A stretch of DNA of 61,577 bases, filler included, from Rhabdomonas costata (Eukaryota): NCBI GenBank assembly GCA_019059605.1. It is 13 parts of 13 records of this genome, joined end to end, with 100 filler letters (N's around TTAATTAATTAA, not from the genome) between each part and the next. Parts side by side here need not be neighbours in the genome. Positions count along the whole stretch, not along the records: positions 38,030 to 42,661 come from JAHMHO010000189.1; positions 42,762 to 47,382 come from JAHMHO010000190.1; positions 47,483 to 52,155 come from JAHMHO010000191.1; 10 more parts are not named here. One strand, given 5' to 3'. Below the pieces are notes generated by a model. The model was not told the DNA's origin. It did not search any database and saw only the letters and a list, made by a program, of their open reading frames with translations. Below are positions 38,316-49,785 of this stretch, piece by piece. The position numbers and the translations under genes were made by a program. Position 1 is the stretch's first letter; the number at the start of each line of letters is the position of its first letter.

Positions 38316-40598
38316 CTGATGCAAGAATCGGTCGAAGTAAGTCACCGTGCGCTCGGTGCCAATCACGGCGATGAGTCTTCCAGACTCCGATCTCACAGGG
38401 GCAACCACGGGAAGAGCGAGGGCTGCTGACAGGCCCCCCTCCCCATCCACGGGAGACATCGACGCGTACGCCGGGGAGAGGATAACATCTTGACTGGTCG
38501 ACGTGGCCGCCTGAAACCAGAGCTGTGAAGGAATATGCACAACGCAAAGCGCAAGGACGATTCCGAGGAATCCACCCCGAACCAAGCTGCGCCCTGAGGT
38601 TTCACGAGACGCCTTCGGCAACAGGGACCCACCACCCACCACCTGGAGGACCCCTGGATGGAGGATAAAGGGCGATTCCCAAACTCGCCGAATTTCATTT
38701 TATCAGGAGCCATCATTCAGTGACAAACAGCGATACTCAAGATGTCCACCGCTCCCCACCACCACAACAACCACCCCTCCAAGAAAGTTTTTTTGAGCAG
38801 AATTGCGAAGAATCACAGCAACAAGAAGCAACAAGAAACAGCTGCACACAGTGTCGGGGTTCTCATGAAAACTGCAGCGAAAATCCGATCAAAAAAATTC
38901 AGAAATCAAAAGAGAGATTTGCAGGCCGCAAACCCGAGAGGTGGCGTTATAGGGCACGGGAATCACTTGGATTTCCTCAAAGCGGCTCAGCCAACTCGAA
39001 TTCTGCCACAGCAGCCTGCCTCCGCAAGGGCTGCTGCTGAAGGCAGCCCGAGTGGCGGTGCAGGGAGGAGTTCCCGCGGCGGTCGCGGGGAAGTGTCCAA
39101 AGCGGAACCCAGTCTCCGCGCTGGACAGTGCCCACTCCAGGGCCCCGTTGGGCCCCTCCGTGTACACGCCCAGGAATCCCCCATCGGGGGTGCCCAGAAA
39201 GGCACTGGTGGGGGCGTCACTCTGGCCCGCAAGGGCGGCCATAGTGAAGATGAGCTCTTTGCGCATGTCCTCGGACATGGGATCGGCTGTCAGTCAAGAG
39301 ACAAAAGCCCAATCAATGCATGACTGTGCACATCAACTCCTCTTTATTTTTTCCCGCAGTATCGTTCTGTCGTCCTCCAATTATTCTTTATTTTTGATGC
39401 AGCATTTATCTGCGGTGATCTGCAGGTCAATGTACATAAGGGGGTGGTCAGAAACGTACACCTTACTTGAATGCATCAGGTGCCGGCTGATATAACGTTG
39501 GGTGCACCCGGAAAGTGAGAGATCAGTCTTTCATTTACATTCCGATCTGGAGTCTTTTTGCCCCATATCTTGTCTCGGATGGGTGCCTCTGAGGACAGGT
39601 GAATAACCCCCAGTTGGCCCTGTAGCTTGGCCTGCAAAGATGTGCCGAATGCTAATTTTTTTTTGGGGGGGGGGGTAGAAGCTGCCATCCAGCATCCAAA
39701 TCGAGTATGTTGGAAACATGGTACAAACGCAAGGATTAGAACCTGAGTTCAGTCCATGTGAAGTCTAAGATTAGGGTGGAGCCTACCACATTTCTTTCTG
39801 CGCCTGTGGAGAGTGTAGCGCAGTGGATCGAAGACTGCCAAACCCCTCAATTACAAGGGTGTTTACCATCCGATCTCCCAGTGCACATGCCGATGAATTC
39901 ATTGAGCTGAAGTGGGTGCCCCAGAAAAACTGCTCCTTTGACTGCTCCCATGGTTCGAGACAGTCAATCGCCCCTCAGCTTACTGAAGACTGAAGACCCG
40001 CTACTTCAACCTACTTTTTGGTTCACTAGGCCAATCCTCTGATCAGGTCAGTTGTGTACCATTCATCTGGGGGGACACAAAAGCATCGCAGAGAAGCCGG
40101 GCAAAAGCGAAGAGCACATTAATGAGCAGAGCTTGTGCTGAAACCCAAAAATAATCGCAGCCGCCGCCGAGAAAAAACAACCAAAGTACCTCAAAGGAAG
40201 AAGCAGAACCATCGGTGAACACCACTCCTGCTCCCGAACACACCAGAGCTGATGCTCGACGCGGCGAGGTTCTCCGCCAGCTTTTGAGTCACAATCGTCA
40301 GCACGGTGAGGTAGCTCACCACCTCATTCTCCACCATCGTGCTCGCCAAGCTGCGGTAGCTGTGGCCCACACGGGCCACACCGGCCTCCGCATTGGCCCT
40401 CGTCAACACACACGACACCACACCGACCACGGAAAGAGAGGTCACCACGAGCGCGACCTGTACAACCCAAATTGGAATCCGCAAGCACCGCTGAGGGCGG
40501 TCCTCCGGAAGGGGAGCCGCCGGGCGACAGGAAGAGGACCGGCGTACCAGGGGAGGGGAGCGCGCGGTGGAAGTGGACGACATTCCCAGAGGTTCCAT
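38316..40598 (-). CDS. Membrane receptor with an N-terminal TM helix and extracellular dCache_1-like sensor domain (5' exons; output domain not in contig)
   Basis: Exons 40598-40244 (TM: IPIWVVQVALVVTSLSVVGVVSCVL), 39286-38934 (AFLGTPDGGFLG...YNATSR) and 38522-38316 (LWFQAA...LSPAY...ALPVVAPV...GRLIAVIGTE...FDRFL) join in phase. They reproduce the dCache_1 'Y..T.RPWY..A...S.PY...P....G...GV.G.D' pattern. Confidence 0.75.
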
Positions 40599-41260
40599 CC
40601 GCGAGGGTACAAATCAGCCTCCAAGACAGTTTGACAGGAAAGTGAGAACAGAAACAAAAAGGGTTAAAACAGAGAACAAAAACAAGCGAGTCTTCGCAAT
40701 AGGGAAGGTTTTGGTGCACCGGTGACCTCTTTGCTGCCCCGGAAATTTCAGGAAGCTCCACCGCTTGCAAGTAAGGACGATCGTGTCAACTGCGTCATTG
40801 AAGGTTTTTAGAGTGAAAAGACGGAGGAAAAAATAGACCTAAAAAAGCTGTCGTTGCCAGACGTGCAGCATTCACAATCTCGAAGAACCACGGGTTGAAA
40901 CATTAGTGCGCATTTCCCACTTACACACCACGGCTTCCGTAGCCCGGAACGCATTCAATGGACAGCCAGAACTCAGAAAGAGCACCACCAACACGGTTGC
41001 TGCGCGCACCTTGCGCCAGAGTCCATGCGGGGGAGAATGTTCCCCAGCATCCACACAGTAACCGAACAAAATGAAACAAGCCTGGGCATTGGAACAAAGT
41101 GCAAACGCTCAATATCACAAAGGGCAGGACGCATTGATTACCCCCTTGGATCTGCTTTCCCTTCACCTTACTGGTGACCCCGATGTGGGGGTACCACCGC
41201 AAACTGAGCGCGACGGGGAGAACTGGACCCCCAGAGGCGGACACATTCATCGCAACAAGA

Positions 41261-42661
41261 TCAGCGTGCAGTAGTGTTCCGTTGAGGGGCCCTAAACAGA
41301 CCATCTCGCCTCACGTGTTCAAGGCCAATAACAAGACTACATGCTAACTCATCACTCATTTCTTTTCCCGAAGCGTCCACTCTATTCTTTCTCTATCGCT
41401 TGGCAGCACACAGAGGAGAAGTAAAGGAGAAGGACGCCAAAGCCCCTGTAATCTGAGACAAAAAAGAACCCCACACTATACACGTGCACTGGGAAACACA
41501 CGGAACCCAGGGGTCACCAAAAGGTCAATTTTCGGCCTTAAGCAGCATGTACACACTGCACTCTTCAAGTAAACAAAAGCCGTGGTCTGCCCCAACGTTC
41601 CCAAATCCACCTGAAGTAAAGAGACTCACAGCTTGAACGGTATCTCTAGACCACTGGGGTGAACTTGGACAACCCTGACCAGGGCGGACAGAGCCTGGGC
41701 CACATCGGCAGCCTCCGGGGTGGATGCAGACTGGTCTGCAACGACGGCATCCAAGGGGATCTGCTCGGGAGGAAACGGGGTGCCCGCAAGAAGATTCCGG
41801 ATGTACAAATCGAACAGCTCCGACAGAGCCTGCAAGGGGCTACCCAGGCCAAGGGCCGTGCTGAAGGCAGTGGTAAGGCTGCTGGTAAGGGCGCCGGAGC
41901 TGACGGTGCTTCTTTGCCTCACCGTGGCTTGGCGGGCGGTGAGGTGGTACATCCATTCCTGTGGAGAGGGCACAGGATAGCACTACCCCTCACCTCAGTC
42001 AAGTATCTCATCAGGTATATTTGCACGTCTCCCGTTGCACAACAGTTCCTTCCGTCAGGGAACACAATTCGCTGTATCTACAGCAGATGCTTCCCTCCTT
42101 ACGCAGATTCTTGTTTTCCCTGGGTGCAGAAGAAAGAACATCGAACCCTCCTTTGAGCGCCTTTCCCCCTCTTTTCTTCATCTTTTCTTCGTGACTGTTT
42201 GGAAAGGAGACATCATTACATAACTGACAGCCAGATGCGCAACAGCTGTACAAAACGTTGAAGAATGAGAAGAACGAGCCTTCCCAAGCGTTCAAGTTTT
42301 CGCGGGACCACATTTGTCAACCCGAGGGTAGTGCGTGCCCCACACCCCGAGGGGCAGGCCCCACACCTGGTCTCCCACCGAGTTGGGGAACTCACGGGTG
42401 GGGCGGTACACCGGCAGCACCCTTGCCGACGGGTACCGCAGTACAGCTGCAGGGAGGCACTGGATCTGACAGTCGACCTGCAAAAGAGAAGGACTAGTTT
42501 GCAGCGAATTACGGAACCGAGTTGATATGCACGCGCAGCAATGGAGCGATGCTGGCAGCTGGTGGAAAAGAGCAGCTGCGCGACTAAGGCTCGGGACCCG
42601 TGGGGCTGAAATGAGGTTACCATTGTGGCATGTTCGGCAACCGGTTCCAGTTCCCGGCGGC
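41261..42661 (-). CDS. Unidentified spliced gene, 3' exons
   Basis: Phase-consistent GT-AG exons at about 42661-42621, 42477-42367, 41958-41630 and 41291-41261, ending LAPQRNTTAR*. No family recognised. Confidence 0.55.
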
Positions 42662-43541
42662 NNNNNNNNNNNNNNNNNNNNNNNNNNNNNNNNNNNNNNN
42701 NNNNNTTAATTAATTAANNNNNNNNNNNNNNNNNNNNNNNNNNNNNNNNNNNNNNNNNNNNTTTTGTGGTTTACCATGGGCAATGGAAGTTTTTCGACTC
42801 ACCATCGTGTTCTTGTCGTTCGCTTCGGCCACACCGCGATTATTTGGAAGCCTCCGCATCCAAATAATGAGTCTATCCTAATCCTCCGTCAACGCTCAGT
42901 CAACAAGTTCTCAGCAAGCATTATGACGGCGGAGGACGGGGCGGGGGCTGCCAGCTTCGAAAACACCTTAGACCAAAGCTCAAGCTACTTTACCAAATAT
43001 TAAAACGAAAAATACCCTCCTTCAGTGGGCGTGGAAACCCTAACTTCATCTCATATTGACTTTCCACAATAGCATAATTGCTTCCCTGGTTTCAACCTAG
43101 CTACCGCTAACCGTTGATGACAAATTGTGCCAAAGGTGCACCTGGCCATTTTTCGGACACCAGTAAAACGTAAGCATACCATGAAATAACCTAAATAAGT
43201 AGACCGTTATCTATCCCTGGGTGACACCCTCGTTCTTTTTGTTGACTCTACACAGGTGGCAAGCCAAACAGCCCTTGCAAAGGAAAACCTTTGGTAGGCT
43301 CTTTTACGCAGTCACCCACTAACACGTGCGCCGTATGTTCTCCGGTCTATTCAGTCATGGGTCTTCTCGGTAATGCGTTGAAGATGTTACTTCGGGGCTT
43401 GTGGCCAGAGATAGCCACAGCGAGAAATAGGACGAATGACGAGAAGAAAAGGCGAAGAAAGGAAGGCTGGGGAGACTTGGGTCTCCCGCCGCCCGCGCCC
43501 CCTCGCAATCTCTTGTGTGTGCGCGTTAGTGAGGGGCAAAC

Positions 43542-46019
43542 CTTCTCCAGGCGGTACACCTTCACCGCAGTCGCAGCCCGCACCGTGGCGGTTCGGGTGG
43601 TGTCCTGCAGCAGCGCGATCTCCCCAAACCACGAGCCTGTGTGAGGGGAAAGCAAAGCGGATGCATGCGAGACCAGCGATCAGAGACCCCTCTAAGCTCC
43701 AGCTCACTGCTGTAATGTGTTCTTCCCTGCAGGTTCATGAAATATTGAGGGAATAGGAAATAGGAAGAAATCACTCCGTGGAGTTTCAGGGAAGTGGAAG
43801 AAGGTATGAACCTTTCAGCCAGTACGCTACAGAAGGAAGCCAAGAAGGTGTTGTAGAACCCCAAGTGCCCCGCAACGCATGCGCAACGAATTGAAAGATA
43901 GTGGCTTTTATATGGACATGCCCATTTCCCCATTGATGACTGCTCACCTTCTTTGAGAGTGGTGAGGCACTTCTCCTTGCCGTCAGGCCCTGCCACCAAA
44001 ACCTCGACCATCCCATGCAGAAGGAAGTACCTGCGGATGAGAAACCTCTCTTTCACTCCTCTCTCAATCTGAAATCAACTGCCGGGTGCTACCGGTGCGG
44101 TGTCGAACAAAAGCCGTCGAGGTCTCCAGGAATGTGAGTGGGATGGGGGTGCACCAGAGAAACACCTAGTCTGGATCCTCCCAAAAAGCTCGCCCCCCCC
44201 CCACAGAGTGGACGTTACATTCCCGGTCAACCTTTCAAAAAGGCTCCTGGGTTGGGGGTGCGGCATGCTGCTGAAGTTCATCGGTTATGGGACGAACCTG
44301 TGGTGATCACCACATCCCGATATGGGGACACCTCAATTTGGTCCATCCGAGCGAGGGTCCAGGCGACTAAAAGCAGAGAGAGAGGGGGGGGGAGAAGGTG
44401 CGTACATCGAGGTGGCGACTTCGCCCCGAGTGACAATGACCAGGCCGGGCTCCAGGGTCTCCTCCTGCAGCACTTCCGCCAGGGCCGCGCGGCAGTCCTC
44501 CGTAGTCTGCTTGAACATCGGCACCGCGCTGATCAGCTTCATCTTGACAAATTTCGAGATCTGCGCGCTGAGGAAGGGCGGAAGCTCGTTCATAATGTTG
44601 AAGTAGTCCCGCATGTTGGCCTGTTGGAAGACGGCAGTGGCAAAAAAATGCGGCTGGTATGGTGATTTCTTTCGTGGGAGGGCAGGAGATGTATGTAGCG
44701 TCCTACGTAGGTCGTCCTGACCACTTCATGCACGTCGAGTGCGCAGCGGTCCGACCGCTTCATCCCGCATGCCGTGACCACAGGGGAAATAAAGGGGGGG
44801 GGCATCTTCTCACATGCCAGGAGTTGGCATTCGCAGATGGCGGTACCTTGGGAAAGATATTACTGGTTACTCGCAAGGAGAACAACACGCCAGGCGGCGT
44901 GAGCAAAGAATTACACGTCATTATCATCATCACAATTATCACAAGGCCACTTATCATCATCATATTAAAAGACACGTCCGTGCGTCCGTCAGTGTGCGTC
45001 CGTGTGTGGTCCGAAAATGTCGGTGAGCAAAAAAACGGTCTGCAATGACTTACAGAGGACAAGGCAAGGATGGATGACAGGGGAAACCAGGGCACACCAA
45101 AAGGGATACCAAAAGGGATCACACAAGCATCGAATTGCACAGATGTGGGCAGGAAGGACGGAGAGGTGGGCGGAGCAGGAACTATAATATTCCAGGTCAG
45201 GTCAGGAGCTCGGCCCCAAAAACGCACAGAATGATTGCGCGGAAGGCGCACGGGCATAGCCCGCAGGTCACGGTTTCCATGAGAATACGGAGTCAGGAAG
45301 GAGGGGAAGGTCAGGGTATGGGGGTGAGAATGACAATTGAAGCCGATTGGCTCGAAGTCTTCGGCAAGGCCACAGGGTCCTCCAGACTCAGGCAAAGCGG
45401 CGCAGCTCACACCTCCAAGCCCCACTCCTGGCTGGGAACCGTGTACGTCCAAGAAAGGAAAGGGTGGGGTGCGGGGGATCGAGGCAGAACCTGTTGCAGA
45501 GAGGGGTAAATGGACATGATGTTCTTCTGTACCTCCCAAGGCACCCGGTTGTGCGTGATCAGTGAGGCCAGCTGTTGCTGCCTCTGCCGTGCCAGCCCGT
45601 GGAAGGGGTCGTGGTTCACGAAGAACTCCGCCAACTTGGCCTGTGATGTTTTGTGCGGGATGTGTGCGAACAGTCTCTCGGGAATTACAGAGGAACACGT
45701 GGTCTGATATTTTTACACGGAAACCGGCGTTTAACGCTCCGCTCCATGTCGTAAAAAATTCAACACCTTCAGATGGTCGGGAACTTAACTTAACCTCACC
45801 GAAGAAACCTGCAATCGAAAAAAAAAAACGGTCCGCAGAACTTCTCTGCTGCGGCTTACGCTTTCCTAAGGCACATCTACGACAGCGCAACTCGGCTTTG
45901 CCGGAGAAACATAGGGCTCGGGGTTGAAACCCATTCACGGAGCTAATCCACATGTTCCAGCTCCGTTGCATGAAAAGGTGGAGTTCTGTAATCAGTCTGG
46001 TGCATCAAGTAGACATCCA

Positions 46020-46054
<35 letters not shown>

Positions 46055-47175
46055 ACACTGACGTGGGCGTGAAGGGAGAACACTTCTATGGATACTGTCA
46101 GACACCGAGGTCGGCTCGAATCCATATCATCGTCTAACACGCTGGTCTCGATTAGGTGTTAGGATGAAGGCTACTCTGGCCCCACCCCAACCAGGACTTC
46201 CACTGTGGAACAAGGGGCCAGCAGGTGCATGGTAGGGGACATAAATTGCCTGTGACAGAGTCTCGAGCTGTCGCGAGCTGTCGAGACTTAAGACTTAAGA
46301 CGATGACTGATAAAGGTCCATCTCTCACTCAAACATACAAAACAACAAAAACAACACACAAATACAAACACACGGGAACGCACGCCCAAAGTACCTCCAT
46401 AACAGTAATCACCAGGAAGCCGCCCACCTTCACCATGAATCCGTACCAGACCGTGATGAACCGGTGGCCATAGGTGTCGGACTTCCCTGCGGGAGAGGTC
46501 GCAATGGAATTGGAAGGGACGAGAGACGATGATTATGTGTGGTTGCTCTTGTGCTGTTTGTAGGATGGCTTAATGCGAGATAGGAGGGGACAGCGAACGT
46601 GGTTGAGTCTCCATGTTGGGCTCAGACATCAGCGCTTTTCATTCCGAGCCTCAGACTTGGAGACTCTTTGATGTTACCGAGAGAGCTAATAAGGGCACTT
46701 CAAAACTTGATGACACCACAGGGAGTTTGGGAATGAGATAGGCCTCAGGGATAAAGAAAATCTGAGGATTTCATTAATCAATTCCTCAGAAGTGGTGGTT
46801 GTGAGAGCTACAAGCCCAACGCGGCCTCCAGAACTGAACAAGCCACCCATCCATGGACGAAGTACGAAGCGGGGGAGCCCGAATCATCGCTGAAAAAGTC
46901 GCGCCAAGCGAAAGAAAATGACAGCTGCCTGGAAAAAAAACAGGTGGGAGGTGGGTCAGGCGTCTGGAAGGGAGTCTGTGTGTGCGGGGGGCGATACCAT
47001 GTACGAAGTTTTGGAAGGCCCAATTCAGGGCTTGGATGTACATGTAGGCGAAGGTGCTGTCCGCGCCGTAATCCGCGCCGACCTTCTGCTCGTCTGGCTT
47101 GGCCACCAGCATCCAGATCACAGCCAGCACATGGGTGATCAGCACGCTGACGATGATCCCGTACACCGCACTCAC
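43542..47175 (-). CDS. Cyclic-nucleotide-binding-domain ion channel (CNG/HCN/EAG superfamily), S5 to CNBD exons
   Basis: Exons 47175-46998, 46486-46395, 45640-45491, 44620-44406, 44030-43948 and 43636-43542 splice in frame. They give S5 (ITHVLAVIW), pore helix (YIQALNWAF), S6, C-linker (NELPPFLSAQI...ISAVPMF) and CNBD (RGEVATSMYFLLHGMVEV...GSWFGEIALL...RTATVRA). Confidence 0.9.
46021..46058. repeat. (CA)n microsatellite in a channel intron
   Basis: About 16 perfect CA units. Confidence 0.9.
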
Positions 47176-47482
47176 CTGTGGGAGCGAGGGTGTGGGAAGT
47201 GGGAGCGTCCATGAAGGTAGAGCTTGACACCAAAGGCAAGATATTGAAAAAAGAAAAGAAAAGGAAAAAGAAAAGAAAAGAAAGAAAAAACACAACTCCC
47301 ACTCACAACGGCGAACCGTCACGAAGGAGAAAAGGACACTCAAAAGACAACGCAGAAAAAAAAACCCAAACACACCCACCACNNNNNNNNNNNNNNNNNN
47401 NNNNNNNNNNNNNNNNNNNNNNNNNNTTAATTAATTAANNNNNNNNNNNNNNNNNNNNNNNNNNNNNNNNNNNNNNNNNNNN

Positions 47483-49785
47483 GGATCCGCGAGTTGTCCA
47501 GGCCAAGCTCTGCGATGTTGCTGAGGATGCGAAGCCCCAGTTCCCGGCTCTCTGCCGTCATTCGGCCGGGGTTCAGGAAGTGACCCCCAACGTCAAAATA
47601 GTAGGCTGGTGTCTTCGCGTACTCGGGGCGCAGCTTCAGGTATGTGGCATACTGCTCTGCAGGGCTGGCAGCAGCCGCAATCGCACGCAGATATGGGGTG
47701 TCTGGGGACCAGTATTTGACGGTCGCGTTTGCCGCGCAGGGGCGTGGTGTGGATGCCCCGTCGCCCCCAGAGCGGCTGTCCATGTAACCCGCCGGGACCG
47801 GTTCTCGAACGCACATTTCACGGCGAACACAGCACGCCATCGGAGGGGGGGGCGCGCGCGCATGCTGCAGCCGAACACTGGGGCATTGCACAGCACATGG
47901 TCTGCAAAGCGCGGGTTTGCATTGCGAGCTCGGCCAACCGCATCTGCGACCCTTCCGATTCAAGCTTACCTTTGTCAAGAAATGAAGGCCCTGAAAACTC
48001 GCGCTTGTGCCAATCCGTGCGCGTCCGCCAGTACCCCTTCACAGTCTCTATCTTCTTGCACACGCGATCGGCCTCAGCAACGTGGGCTTCTCGAACACGC
48101 TTCATGAACGCTTGGTAAAGACCTGTCCTTTCCGGGTGGGGTGCAACCCCATGCTCCAAATGCTGCTCCAGAGTCTCAAGCACAAGCAGCGACGTCGAGG
48201 CGGTGACAACGTTGAACTTCCGCCCCAACGCCAGGATCTCATCATGGTTGCGTTCAGGAAAAACCTCAAGCTCTGCGATTCGCTGCTGTGCCCACAGCGA
48301 CTGCACCATCGTCCCTAATGAAGCACTGTCCAGCCTCAACTCGTATTGCCGTGTTTCAAAAGAATTGGGGTCCACCCCAAGCGGAACCAAAACCGAAGCT
48401 GCAGGGGATGAAGTGGCCGGTATTCGCCCCGTGATCAGAAATCGCGACGACCCCGCAGTGCTCAGCGGACGCGTCGGATTCGCATTCACAGCGTCGCCCG
48501 CAACCATCAGAACCTTCGCAGAACGCATCCGTGTCGCCTCCGCTATCCCCTCGGCTGGCTGCCCCCCAACTCGAAGAACCGCACCTCCGCTGCAACCAGC
48601 CCAGTAGTGTTGCAGCTGTGACATGTTCGTGCGCGCGCTGCTCACGATGCAGTACACCGGCGGAACATCTCCCTTCTCAATGCAGGGACAACGCCCACTT
48701 CCTAGCGTCGACTGCCCATCCGAGAAAACTAAGATTCGGTCGTATAGCATCAGGCGTGGTGCAAGCGAACCCTCCAGCTCCTGCAGCGACGTGGCTCCAT
48801 CATTCGGGGTCATGCTCAGCAGCCCCATCACGGCCTCCACGTTCAGGTTCTCCATAATCTCCACCGCGTTTCGCACCACTAGAACATCAGCTACACACGA
48901 AGGGTCTTGCCGTAGGATCAAGGAAAGCACCCGAAGTTCCTCGGCTATGTTGGCCTCGTTGCGGGACAGCGACGCATCCCACACAATGGCAACTTTGTGC
49001 TTTGCAAGCACAAGGGGCACCGCCGGGGGAGCCACGTCGCTCACAGCAAAGTAAAACCCACTGCCATCACCAGCCTTCTCAACAACGATGACCGGGGCGG
49101 AGCCAGATGGCATACCTACGGCGACGCGAAGCGTGGCGTCTCCGCCGGAATGGCTCTGGTTGACGTAGCTCACGCCGTACCTCCCGGCTCGCTCCTCACT
49201 CACCGAACAGCCTGGGCACGATACGCTCTCCACCTGCGGCGGATGCTCAGATGTAACCTGGCACTGCAGACTCATATCCACGGCACGCCCAAACGCCATG
49301 CTGAAGGTGAAGCAGCCATGCGTTTCTCCAAGCGACTCCAAGGGCTGCGTGTATGTCAGCGACAGTCGCCGAGTGCCCCGCGCTGGAAGCGGGTAAACCC
49401 GGGTCTTGAACGCGTTCCCTCCAGCCGCAACCTTCTGTAGCAACCCGGGATCAACCCCTTTCTTCACTTCTGCCTCGTAAATCTTCTCTGCAGTCTTCGC
49501 CTCTACAAGCGACGCCGGAACAAGCTGCCCATCCATCTCAAGAGAGTAGCTGGTCACCACAGCACTTTCTGGAAGCGGAAAAACAACCTCGCCTTCAAGG
49601 GCACCAGAGTGCGTGTTGGTGAACGTCAGGATGACCGTGCACTGCACAATCAAAGAGCACATCGATGCTTCCACACTGCACGCCGACACATACACCGCCG
49701 AAGAGTGCGGGTCATTCGTAATGGAGACGTACGGCGCGTCGTAGACCGATGGCTTCGTCCACTGCGCAGAAGAAATCCCACCAAA
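47483..49785 (-). CDS. Intronless VIT + vWA-like + helical-repeat protein (bacterial DUF2135/VIT-type architecture), partial, with one frameshift
   Basis: VIT motifs (LTFTN...LEGEVVFPLPESAVVTSYSLEMDGQLVPA...YE...VDPGLL...FKTRVYPLP), then IVWDASLSR (MIDAS-like), VFSDG, and LWAQQRIAEL...TSLLVLETLEQH. After a frame change at the G8 run 47845-47852 the protein continues WSPDTPYL...YLKLRPEY...PAYYFDV...LRILSNIAELGLDN. Confidence 0.85.

Noticed and set aside
39725-39850. tRNA or SINE from A-box/B-box-like words (also near 46110)
   Set aside because: No cloverleaf could be folded and the boxes are not correctly arranged.
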